Virus record (IMG/VR): IMGVR_UViG_3300009117_000044
Location: 4,688 to 68,687 of that record
Direction: 5' to 3' (one strand)
Origin: a virus
DNA length: 64,000 nucleotides
Below are positions 28,377 through 37,070 of the stretch, piece after piece. The translations under genes were made by a program, and so were the position numbers. The stretch's first letter is position 1; every line of letters begins with the position of its first letter. The notes beneath the pieces are model-generated. The model was not told where the DNA came from, searched no databases, and was given only the letters and a program-made list of their open reading frames with translations.

Positions 28377-28829
28377 TCAAAAGTGCTCATTGCTGTTCAA
28401 CATTTGAATAACAATTGGATTTTCAGGTACGACAACGTGATTTAAGGCATTGCCATGCCATCTGCGAATGGTACTCTTATCAGCATTCAGCTCATCGCCG
28501 ATTTGCTCCCAGGTAAAGTTATGAACGTAGCGGTAACGTAACACCATGCGTTCATCGATATCCGTTACTTTATTAATCACATCTCGAATCTCTGCTTTAA
28601 GTGCTACAAGATGATCCACCTCATCATTAATCTTGATTTGAAGTTCTTCAATTCGCTCCAGGTATCTGACAAACAAGGCATCGGTATGCCGCTGGGTTTG
28701 TATTCTCTCACCCCAACTAGGGGAGGAAACACTGGTCGATAGCTCCCTTAGCCTTTCCATTTCCTCAATGTTGGATTGGATTCGTTTATCTAGCCTGTAG
28801 GCTTGATGTAAATATTCTTTTGCTTTCAT
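28377..28829 (-). CDS. DUF1492/ArpU-like late transcriptional regulator
   Basis: MKAKEYLHQAY, VLRYRY..NFTWEQI..EL....STIRRWH..AL HTH. Confidence 0.8.
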   Translation of the reverse strand: MKAKEYLHQAYRLDKRIQSNIEEMERLRELSTSVSSPSWGERIQTQRHTDALFVRYLERIEELQIKINDEVDHLVALKAEIRDVINKVTDIDERMVLRYRYVHNFTWEQIGDELNADKSTIRRWHGNALNHVVVPENPIVIQMLNSNEHF

Positions 28830-29050
28830 TACTCGCTCACCTCCGCTTGTAGCTTTTTGATTAGGACGTTCCCATCAACAGAGGTAAGTTCTCTATACCA
28901 ATCAGAGCGGAAGAACCTCTCCACCTCGTTTTTCAAATCTTGTGCCGGTCCATATCTAGGCCGTTTCATTAGTTTCTTTAAAGCATCTCTATAATCTTTA
29001 ACAGCCATCAAAATAATGGCATTGGCTAAATCTTGATAAGGTTCTGTCAT
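28829..29050 (-). CDS. Small phage hypothetical protein
   Basis: YQDLANAIILMAVKDYR, VERFFRSDWY..LT; coupled ORF. Confidence 0.75.
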   Translation of the reverse strand: MTEPYQDLANAIILMAVKDYRDALKKLMKRPRYGPAQDLKNEVERFFRSDWYRELTSVDGNVLIKKLQAEVSE

Positions 29051-30414
29051 CGCATCACCTCTAAATTCGCCTTTACCGCATCAATCAAGGCATCTTGAGT
29101 TTTCTCCTTTTTTGTGAGTGCAAGCAGCACGTCTTCATCGATGGTGTTTTTGGTGATGATGTGGTGGACAATAACTGTATCACTTTGACCCTGCCTATAA
29201 AGTCTTGCATTAGTTTGCTGATACAGCTCTAGTGACCAGGTCAGACCAAACCAGATCAGAGTCGAGCCGCCGCTTTGAAGATTAAGACCATGACCTGCAC
29301 TGGCTGGATGAATAACAGCAATGGGTATCTTGCTATTATTCCAATCCTCAATATCCTTCGATGACTGAATTTGTCTGACCGGAAATCGATCTTTAATTCG
29401 TTCTAAATCATGCTTATACCAATAAGCAACAAGGACCGGTTTCCCATTAGCTCCTTCGATTAAATCTTCCAAGGCATCTAGCTTTTTGTCATGAATCACA
29501 TGAGCCTTATTCTCGCTATCGTATACTGCACCATTTGCCATCTGTAGCAGTTTTCCAGAAAGGACTGCCGCATTAACCGCATCAATATCTTCATCACCTA
29601 AGTTAGCCACCATGTCTTCCTTGAAATCTGAGTAAACCTTCCATTCCTTATCACTTAAAGTGACAAATACTTCATTGCTGACATATTCAGGCATCTTGAG
29701 ATAATCAGTAGATTTCATAGAAATGGTGATGTCTGATATTTGTTTGTAGATTTCCTCTTCAGCGCCGGGTAGTGGTTTATAAGAAAATATAATCTGAGCA
29801 TTTCGCTTATCTGGCTTAAAATAGGTATTTCGATAATGACTAATGTAGCGTCCAAGCCTTTGACCCAAATCAAGAATTCGAAATTCTGCCCATAAATCCA
29901 TCAATCCATTACTGGAGGGAGTACCAGTAAGACCGACAATTCTTTTTACAGAGGGTCTTACTTTAAGTAGACTCTTAAACCGCTTTGCGCCATAAGACTT
30001 AAAGGATGACAATTCATCAATGACCACCATATCAAAATGAAAAGGAATACCACTTTTATGAACCAGCCAATCTACGTTCTCACGGTTGATAATGTATAGC
30101 GTTGATTGTTTTTTGAGGGCATCGATTCTTTCTTTTTCCGTTCCCACTGCCACTGAATAAGAGAGTCCTTTTAGATGATCCCACTTTTTGATTTCTGCAG
30201 GCCAAGTATCCCTTGCTACTCGAAGTGGAGCAATGACTAGCACTTTACATACGAGAAAACTGTCTAAACACAAATCAAATATGGCGGATAAGGTAATCAC
30301 ACTTTTACCTAAACCCATTTCAAGAAATACAGCCGATATGGGATGGGATAAAATGAATTCAGTGGCATAGCTTTGGTATTCATGTGGCTTGTATTTCACT
30401 AAGTATCCCTCCAA
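29047..30414 (-). CDS. SNF2-like helicase
   Basis: MGLGKS, VIDELS, LTGTP, HPASAGHGLNLQ, QTNARLYRQGQ. Confidence 0.92.
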   Translation of the reverse strand: MEGYLVKYKPHEYQSYATEFILSHPISAVFLEMGLGKSVITLSAIFDLCLDSFLVCKVLVIAPLRVARDTWPAEIKKWDHLKGLSYSVAVGTEKERIDALKKQSTLYIINRENVDWLVHKSGIPFHFDMVVIDELSSFKSYGAKRFKSLLKVRPSVKRIVGLTGTPSSNGLMDLWAEFRILDLGQRLGRYISHYRNTYFKPDKRNAQIIFSYKPLPGAEEEIYKQISDITISMKSTDYLKMPEYVSNEVFVTLSDKEWKVYSDFKEDMVANLGDEDIDAVNAAVLSGKLLQMANGAVYDSENKAHVIHDKKLDALEDLIEGANGKPVLVAYWYKHDLERIKDRFPVRQIQSSKDIEDWNNSKIPIAVIHPASAGHGLNLQSGGSTLIWFGLTWSLELYQQTNARLYRQGQSDTVIVHHIITKNTIDEDVLLALTKKEKTQDALIDAVKANLEVMR

Positions 30415-30661
30415 TCTGTTCTATATCATCCAGGCAATAGACTAGAAAGCCTAATGCCTCTAATTGCTTCTTTCTTTTATTTTGTAAAGGTCGCATCTTT
30501 TTCCCTGTTGCCTTACATTCGACAAAGGCGATTCTTCCCATGGGAAGTAATACAATGCGATCAGGCATTCCATCTATTCCAGGACTCACAAATTTCGGGG
30601 CAATACCTCCCATGCTTTTTACTGTCGCTACCAGTTTTTGTTCTATATATTTTTCTTGCAT
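30380..30661 (-). CDS. VRR-NUC domain nuclease
   Basis: EKYIE, GMPDRIVL, FVECKA, RPLQ. Confidence 0.88.
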   Translation of the reverse strand: MQEKYIEQKLVATVKSMGGIAPKFVSPGIDGMPDRIVLLPMGRIAFVECKATGKKMRPLQNKRKKQLEALGFLVYCLDDIEQIGGILSEIQAT

Positions 30662-30684
30662 AAATGACCTCCAACAATTCATCA

Positions 30685-30968
30685 GGAACAACAAGCACAA
30701 CTTTTAACGTTTTTTCCTATACGCGCGCATACACACGCTCACGATGCTTTACTACTACTATTTATTAATTTATTACTAAGTAGTAAAACTCTTGTTCCAC
30801 TCATTCCAGTAAAGCCAAAATGTCGGTAATGACTGGGTTTTTAAGAGAACAAGCATAAGGAACAACTAAGGAACAATGAACGACCTTACTCATTCTTCTC
30901 GTAACAACGTTGTCTACCGTAAATGGGAAAATTACTTGTTCCATTCTTGTTCCCTTGGTACTTGTTCC
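30685..30968. repeat. GGAACAA repeats around an AT-rich palindrome, candidate replication origin
   Basis: GGAACAA at 30685, 30859, 30870; TTGTTCC at 30792, 30936, 30947, 30962; TTTACTACT..AGTAGTAAA around AT-rich core 30748-30787. Confidence 0.55.
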
Positions 30969-33243
30969 ACCCATTAATCTTTTTCATAATGCCTGCAATG
31001 GCATAAGAGTCTGCAGGTTTCATGGCGGAGGCATCCCTTCCAAAGCATTCACACCAAATTTCCATATTACAAACAAGCGTACGTTCAACCGTACCGACAC
31101 GGGATTCCCCACCAAATTCACTACCGTTTAGGTAGTTTCTTCGCTCGTATAAGGACAGGGCATTCCAATCATCGGGTAAAAGCGTATCGAGATAGCTGCG
31201 AACAAGGCCTTCTCGCTCATCACTTTCCATGGCATCTGCCTGCTCATTCGTTGCCAACTCTACATCACTGCCCTCTAAATAGAGCTTTTCACCTTTGGCA
31301 TAAAGCACCAAAGTTTCTGCCCAAATCTGCTCTACATCGTATACGGACATCTGCCATGCTTTTCTTTTACCATCACCACTAATACGCACTGGCCAGAATC
31401 TTCGGTTACCCGTGATGTCTCGCAAAAATCCACTTTCTGCATTGGTAGAGCCGACAATGATACATTGACGAGGATGGCTTTCAACATTCACCCCATAACT
31501 GGCACGGTATTTATCATCGGATCTTGAAATAAAGGATTTCACGACTTCTACATCGGTTTTTCGCATGCCAGCTAGTTCACCCAGTTCTAAGATCCAATAC
31601 CCTTGAAGTTTCTCAGGGCCTGCTTTGTCTTTCATATCGGTGAGGGTTAAACTATCGGAAAACCAATCGCCTGCAAGCTTTGCAAAGAAGGTAGACTTAC
31701 CGATGCCTTGTGGTCCATTCAGAATTAAAACGCTGTCGAATTTCGTACCAGGTTGAACAATTCTAGCGACTGCTGCCACCATCATTTTTCTAGTAACGGC
31801 TCTGGTATAGGAATTATCTGTTGCATTAAAATAATCAATCAGTAAGGTCTCAACGCGATCGGTTCCATCCCAATCTGGTAGATGATCCAGGTATTCTTTT
31901 ATAGGATGATAGGATCGCTCTGCTGCGACTGCTAGTATTGCGTCCTTTGTTTTGGTTGGGGAGTAGATGCCATATTTATTAGACAGATAAACTTTAAGGG
32001 CTGCATTATCTGAATCATTCCAGCCGCCCTTCATTTGCTCCCAAGGCAATCCTTCTCTTGCATCGATTCCATCACGGTGCTTATTAAAAGCAATGGATTC
32101 TAGTTCTGAATCGTTACGGATGATGAGAACGATATTATCCAAGGTGTCCTTAATCTTTCCTTGCTTATCCAATTCAAGGGCTGTCTGCCAGTTGTCTTCA
32201 GTAAAATCGATTGTTGCCTGTTCCATCCGCTCTTTCGTAAACTGTGCTTTTACTTCATCGTCTTGGATAGCAAATTCACACATGTTGATAAAGGATGGTA
32301 GTTTACTTGGTGGCGTACTTTCTGTTGCCCTATCATCTAAATGACCAAATCGATGGATGCGAACAAGGTCAAAAGCATTAAGCAGTCTCCCACTTGCAGG
32401 ATCTGTTGCGTGATGGGAATAGGAAAACTTATCATCATAGAGTATGACCCCGGCACTGGAATCTGCAGGGATATAATCATAGCGACCAGCCATTACTGAA
32501 GGCTCGTATATATCCTTTAAGAACCTATCGATTGCACTACTTACTGAGTAAGTACGGCAAAAAGTACCGATGACACCTTCCTTAGAAAGCGGATCGGCTT
32601 GTTCTTTTAATGAGCGGTCAAGGACTTCTGACTGCCTAGAGGATACCGGCCAAGTACTGGTATCTCGCCAATCATCGTATTTATTTAGAAATACATCAGG
32701 GTCTAAGAGAGAACCGTCTTTTTCTTCATACACAAAGACACCGTTTCTAGAGGTAGACGGCCAATACATTAATCGTTCTGGTTCATAGGTTGTATCATCA
32801 AAAAGGTCGATGCCGATTTCTTTTGCGACCATGCGACTAACGGCTGCATACTCTTCCTCTCCCAAATCACGAAAGAGAGGAATAATCAGTCTTAGTCTTG
32901 GATGTTCTGGAGTATGCTTATGAGTAGAATAAATACAACACTGATAAGGGAAGAAGGTAGAGATTTCTTCCCAGATAGTACTTGTGCCATAATCCATATC
33001 AAGGGTGAGCATGGATCGTGATAGAACATTCCCTTTTTTACGTCTACCATCTTTTAAATGACCGCCTACAAAACCTCCCACATCTTTAATGGAATCTTGG
33101 CCACCTTTTCTCATTTTTCGATATTCTTCTACGGTTTCAGTAGTACGCTGTGTGGTCTTAACACGGGAACAGAAATCTTCCCAGTTAATATCGCTGTTTT
33201 TCCACTTTTTATCCATTCGGCTATTGCCGTATGCTATCTTCAT
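30886..33243 (-). CDS. Primase-like plus VapE-family helicase
   Basis: YSTHKH..PRLR (primase-like), GPQGIGKST Walker A, ILELGEL, DITGNRRFWP. Confidence 0.9.
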   Translation of the reverse strand: MKIAYGNSRMDKKWKNSDINWEDFCSRVKTTQRTTETVEEYRKMRKGGQDSIKDVGGFVGGHLKDGRRKKGNVLSRSMLTLDMDYGTSTIWEEISTFFPYQCCIYSTHKHTPEHPRLRLIIPLFRDLGEEEYAAVSRMVAKEIGIDLFDDTTYEPERLMYWPSTSRNGVFVYEEKDGSLLDPDVFLNKYDDWRDTSTWPVSSRQSEVLDRSLKEQADPLSKEGVIGTFCRTYSVSSAIDRFLKDIYEPSVMAGRYDYIPADSSAGVILYDDKFSYSHHATDPASGRLLNAFDLVRIHRFGHLDDRATESTPPSKLPSFINMCEFAIQDDEVKAQFTKERMEQATIDFTEDNWQTALELDKQGKIKDTLDNIVLIIRNDSELESIAFNKHRDGIDAREGLPWEQMKGGWNDSDNAALKVYLSNKYGIYSPTKTKDAILAVAAERSYHPIKEYLDHLPDWDGTDRVETLLIDYFNATDNSYTRAVTRKMMVAAVARIVQPGTKFDSVLILNGPQGIGKSTFFAKLAGDWFSDSLTLTDMKDKAGPEKLQGYWILELGELAGMRKTDVEVVKSFISRSDDKYRASYGVNVESHPRQCIIVGSTNAESGFLRDITGNRRFWPVRISGDGKRKAWQMSVYDVEQIWAETLVLYAKGEKLYLEGSDVELATNEQADAMESDEREGLVRSYLDTLLPDDWNALSLYERRNYLNGSEFGGESRVGTVERTLVCNMEIWCECFGRDASAMKPADSYAIAGIMKKINGWNKYQGNKNGTSNFPIYGRQRCYEKNE

Positions 33244-33674
33244 AAAGCCTCTACCTCCTCAAAATCCTTATTGAAATATCTGACCGGTTGTCTACGTTTC
33301 TTTGCCTTTTCTATTTCAATACTCATGCCTCTTGAGATCACATCACCTAGAACCCAGACCTCTTGGCATTTGCCCATCAGGATAATATCCATAAAAATAG
33401 CGAGCTCACGTTCTTTCTCATTGCTGTCATCCATAAACTGTGGAAATAAAAGGTGAGGAGCAAGCGGAATATTGCCCTTATCTAAAGCAAAACGGCAAAA
33501 TGATCGTGTGCGCTTATTGTTGTTTTCTATATCGCCACTAAAGGGAGAGCAAATATAGACAAGGGGCTTAAAGGCAGCTTTTGCTGCTGCCTTTTCCTCA
33601 CGGGTGATATTGCTAAGTGCTTCATGGGGAGTTGTGTCATAATATCCTTCTGCATTGAATTTATTGATTCCCAT
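33240..33674 (-). CDS. DUF4406-like protein
   Basis: LVYICSPFSG, PLAPHLLFPQF, CQEVWVLG..IS.GM..EI. Confidence 0.8.
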   Translation of the reverse strand: MGINKFNAEGYYDTTPHEALSNITREEKAAAKAAFKPLVYICSPFSGDIENNNKRTRSFCRFALDKGNIPLAPHLLFPQFMDDSNEKERELAIFMDIILMGKCQEVWVLGDVISRGMSIEIEKAKKRRQPVRYFNKDFEEVEAL

Positions 33675-33675
33675 A

Positions 33676-34458
33676 TCACACCTCCATCTCAATCTGCGGA
33701 TAAATACCATCCGCCTTTAGCTGTTCATAGATAAAGAGTCTGCCTTTTTGTGTCCACTTGGTATGCACTTTCGTATGTTGGATACCCTTACTATCTTCAT
33801 AAATGTGAGTATTAGTCTTGGTATATCCATTAGGAGCATACTTTTGATAAAGAAGCCAAATATCGCCTTGTTTAAACTGAATCCCTTTTTCATGAAGGTA
33901 TTCGTTCATGCGCATGGCACTCCAGCCATAATCTTTAGCAATCACAGAAATATTGACTGCATCCCTGCATTTAAGAACCACATCATAATAAGTAGCCTTG
34001 GGTTTCATCTCAGCGATTTGCTGTTGACCAATCGCAACGGCCGCCATCAGTTCCTTGTTCTTTTCTCGTTCCTCTTTCAATGCAGTAAATGCAGCAATAG
34101 CAAGGTCTGGATTTGCGATTAAATCGTCTGTTGCATAAAGTCCATGTTTGCGAATAGCAGGGAGGACTTCACTTGTCACCCAGCGTTTGAACTTTTTAGC
34201 ATTTGGCATCTTGCTTGAGAGGATGAGACTATACAGACCAGACTCGTTGATAGCAGTCATCGTTTGATTTCTTCCGATGGCGTCACGAATCGTTACGTCA
34301 TCCTTGTCCTCTTCATCAACATGGTCAATTAAAGCTTTTCGAGTATTTGAGTAACCAAGAATACCAGCTACATCCTTACCCACAAAATAAGGTTGACCGC
34401 CAAGCGTTGTAGTACGTACAGAGCCAAACTCTGCATTTTTGTAAACTTGTAATTCCAT
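33676..34458 (-). CDS. BRO-N/KilA-C antirepressor
   Basis: FVGKDVA.ILGY, INESGLYSLIL.SK, FKRWVTSEVLPAIRKHG, WTQKGRLFIY. Confidence 0.92.
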   Translation of the reverse strand: MELQVYKNAEFGSVRTTTLGGQPYFVGKDVAGILGYSNTRKALIDHVDEEDKDDVTIRDAIGRNQTMTAINESGLYSLILSSKMPNAKKFKRWVTSEVLPAIRKHGLYATDDLIANPDLAIAAFTALKEEREKNKELMAAVAIGQQQIAEMKPKATYYDVVLKCRDAVNISVIAKDYGWSAMRMNEYLHEKGIQFKQGDIWLLYQKYAPNGYTKTNTHIYEDSKGIQHTKVHTKWTQKGRLFIYEQLKADGIYPQIEMEV

Positions 34459-34497
34459 TCGAATTACCTCCTTGTATTTTTTGGAGGTCTTAACCTC

Positions 34498-34537
34498 CTA
34501 CCTAGTAGCCTTGGGAGAAGGTCAAATCTGACGGTTT
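34498..34537 (-). promoter_or_regulatory. Bipartite motif copy B overlapping 3' end of sigma-like gene
   Basis: AAACCGTCAGATT-N14-GGCTACTAGGTAG, matching copy A. Confidence 0.55.
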
Positions 34538-35064
34538 TCAATTTCTTTTCTTAATTTTTGTGTAGCTCGCTTTAACTTCTGGGTAATGTTGTTTTCACTT
34601 ACACCGATGGAACTGGCATATTCTCGAATCGACATACCGTCAATTCGTACTGCAATGAACATATCTGCCCAGTCCTGTTTTTTACCAAGAGCGGTACGTA
34701 TCCATTTGCAGACAGATTCGTACTCATCTTGGAGACTCTGTTCTATCTCCTGAGAATTATCAGCGAAAGTATCCATGACATCTATTTCAACTTCATCATC
34801 TTTTCGATAAGGTGTCTTTGGATTACCAAGATGCCTATGGTAGCGACGCCAATGGTTATATTCCTTGTTGTTCATGAGGTCGAACATTTCTTGTAGAGTC
34901 TCGCAGCGTTTCACCTCTTCCTTCTTTTCAGGCTTTGCTTCTGCAAGACGTTGCTCATAGTCGATATCCAGCATGACGCTGTAATCTCCATCTGGAATTT
35001 CAATTGTGGTGTAGTTCTTGTGACCGTTTTTGATGTTGTCTTCATATAAAACTCGAATCTTCAT
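34522..35064 (-). CDS. Sigma-70 region 4-like transcription factor
   Basis: C-terminal HTH GMSIREYASSIGVSENNITQKLKRA; first large gene of early operon. Confidence 0.8.
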   Translation of the reverse strand: MKIRVLYEDNIKNGHKNYTTIEIPDGDYSVMLDIDYEQRLAEAKPEKKEEVKRCETLQEMFDLMNNKEYNHWRRYHRHLGNPKTPYRKDDEVEIDVMDTFADNSQEIEQSLQDEYESVCKWIRTALGKKQDWADMFIAVRIDGMSIREYASSIGVSENNITQKLKRATQKLRKEIENRQI

Positions 35065-35067
35065 AAA

Positions 35068-35350
35068 GTATTCCTTTCCGCCTAGTCATTGGGCGGCGGA
35101 ATACAAAAAGAGCCTGCGGTGAAGATGACCACAGACTTCGCATGTCCTAAAAAAGGGCACACGAAATAACGGTGGGTGCATCTTCATTCCAAACACAGTC
35201 TTTATCACTGTGTTCTGAACTCTTATGCATCCCGCCGTCCGTATGCGCACTAGGGACTTTGAGATTGATTTTTGAGCGATAACCGCTCTGGTAAATAACT
35301 CCCTTAGGGAGGATAGGTAGGCTGATTATTCAAATCTGTCTCTACCTATC
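35068..35350 (-). promoter_or_regulatory. Structured 5' leader (candidate cis-regulatory RNA) with RBS-occluding hairpin
   Basis: Stems at 35312-35350, 35299-35311, 35274-35288, 35174-35233, 35068-35104. Confidence 0.55.
35105..35139 (-). terminator. Intrinsic terminator directly upstream of sigma-like gene
   Basis: GAAGTCTGTGGT/ACCGCAGGCTC stem then TTTTTG. Confidence 0.65.
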
Positions 35351-35364
35351 AATTTGGATAATGT

Positions 35365-35508
35365 TTACTTCTTCTTGCATGGTCTTGTTTGACTTAAAGC
35401 ACTGCCTGCAACCGATTTGGCTTTCTTGCTGTAACGTCCATCGCTAAGAATTTTGCTTGCTTTTGATGCAACTCTTTTTGATGTTTGCTTCGAATTACGT
35501 TTTGCCAT
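35365..35508 (-). CDS. 47-aa basic peptide, absent from ORF track
   Basis: AAAGGAGG SD; MAKRNSKQTSKRVASKASKILSDGRYSKKAKSVAGSALSQTRPCKKK. Confidence 0.75.
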   Translation of the reverse strand: MAKRNSKQTSKRVASKASKILSDGRYSKKAKSVAGSALSQTRPCKKK

Positions 35509-35652
35509 TTACGTTCCCTCCTTTCATTTTTTGGATTCATGCATTCATTTTCGTAAATATAATGTAGATTTTCGCAAAGATACATGATAGAATATCTTTG
35601 TTATGCCTTAACTAAATGATGCTGGTTTAAATCCTATCTACATAATATAAAA

Positions 35653-35706
35653 ACCCACCTTTCGAACTGGGTACGTTCCAGGTCGAAGATGGGTACAAAG
35701 TGGGAC
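35653..35706. promoter_or_regulatory. Imperfect inverted repeat, candidate operator
   Basis: ACCCACCTTTCGAACTGG..CCAGGTCGAAGATGGGT plus TGGG(T)AC repeats, between divergent units. Confidence 0.4.
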
Positions 35707-35731
35707 AACTATCTTGAAAGGAGTTAACGTA

Positions 35732-36853
35732 ATGGAATTTAATGATTTCTTCAATCTAATGAAACCTGTACTAGGTAAAGAAAGAGCAAATGCTAAGTTG
35801 GTGCGAAACCTAATAGCTATGATTACTAAAACTGATAGCGATGTTGACCCTTCTCAAGATCAGTCAGATGACACTTTGAAATCTTATGCAAATGGAAAAA
35901 GACCTCTGTCTCCTGAATATGCTAGAGGAATAATCGCAGAGATTGAATTTCAAAATTTTGTTGATTCGGTGAATTCAAACGATGAGGTTGTAATTGAAAG
36001 ACTATCAGATAGTTTTAAACCGTATGATTCAACAGTAACTCCTGATGTAGTGGGCACAGTTGCAGGAAAAATTTTCTTAGAAATCCTTTATAAAGCTGCT
36101 GGTGAAAACACTGATGTGCAAAAGTCCTTAATGCCTTCAAAGTATTATTTAAGACATAGATATGGAAATCAATTGTTAGTAGAAAACAAGGGAAATTGCC
36201 CTTTTAAGGGGTGTGGTAAACCCCTCTTATTGAGTAACAACGAAGCAACACAAGCATATTTTGACGTGATTATGATAGATAGTGAAAGTGGAGAGCATAG
36301 CGAAAATTTAATTGCTCTTTGTCCAGAATGTGCAGCAAAATATTTACTATCTCATACAGAAGAAGAACAAATCGAGTTGCAGGATTTAAAGATATCTATG
36401 TATGAACTTTTATTAGCTCAGAAGTCACTTACAGATATAAAAGTTGAAGAAGCCATATCGGAAGTTTTGGAAGTTCTTTATGTAACTGATCCAAATGAAA
36501 TCACCAAGTTAAATTATGAACCACAATCCGTAAGAGATAAGATTTATAAGAATAATTACCTCTTATTAAGAACTAACATTTTTAATGTGACTCAGTATTA
36601 TCCGTTTATTGAAACACAGTTTAAATCTTTGTCTAGAGAAAAGAAAATGAATTACAATGTGTTGTCCTCGCAAATAAGACTTGCGTATGTCACAGCATTA
36701 GAAAAAACAAGTGTGCAAGACGAAATTTTTAATTCCCTCGTTGAGTGGCTTATGGGAATCACAAAAAAGCCAAGAGTAGCCTGTGAGATAGTTATTTCGT
36801 TTTTTGTACAGAAATGTGAGGTATTCGATGCTCCTTCCAAACAAACTGTTTAG
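35732..36853 (+). CDS. lmuA: LmuA-like ABC-three-component protein: HTH-like N-terminus, degenerate HNH/Zn finger, C-terminal domain
   Basis: SD GAAAGGAG; CPFKGC..NLIALCPEC; C-terminal KI..N..YY..IE..F..L..CEIVISFFVQKCEVF typical ABC-3C CTD; operon context. Confidence 0.75.
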   Translation: MEFNDFFNLMKPVLGKERANAKLVRNLIAMITKTDSDVDPSQDQSDDTLKSYANGKRPLSPEYARGIIAEIEFQNFVDSVNSNDEVVIERLSDSFKPYDSTVTPDVVGTVAGKIFLEILYKAAGENTDVQKSLMPSKYYLRHRYGNQLLVENKGNCPFKGCGKPLLLSNNEATQAYFDVIMIDSESGEHSENLIALCPECAAKYLLSHTEEEQIELQDLKISMYELLLAQKSLTDIKVEEAISEVLEVLYVTDPNEITKLNYEPQSVRDKIYKNNYLLLRTNIFNVTQYYPFIETQFKSLSREKKMNYNVLSSQIRLAYVTALEKTSVQDEIFNSLVEWLMGITKKPRVACEIVISFFVQKCEVFDAPSKQTV

Positions 36854-37070
36854 CTATAAAGAAAGTACCCTGGCTAAATTTCCAGTACTTATAAAGTGCT
36901 TGAATAATAGACCTTACTCGGTAGAGGAATTATATAACACAAACAAAAGACTGTTTTTAGATATAGAAGATTATACAGAAACGTTATGCTGTCTTTATGC
37001 ATTAAGAAAAATCGAACTCGATGAAGAAAGGGGCGTGATTGTCTATGTTGAAGAAGATTCAGTGCGATAA
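36828..37070 (+). CDS. lmuC: ABC-three-component middle component (LmuC-like)
   Basis: MLLPNKLFSYKESTL..L..LYAL.KI motif; overlaps both neighbours. Confidence 0.75.
   Translation: MLLPNKLFSYKESTLAKFPVLIKCLNNRPYSVEELYNTNKRLFLDIEDYTETLCCLYALRKIELDEERGVIVYVEEDSVR

Noticed and set aside
30886-33243. Virulence-associated E annotation as a virulence factor
   Set aside because: Motifs and context show a phage primase-helicase
35394-35585. 63-aa ORF from the track
   Set aside because: No clear SD; the overlapping frame 35365-35508 has a strong SD and a coherent basic peptide
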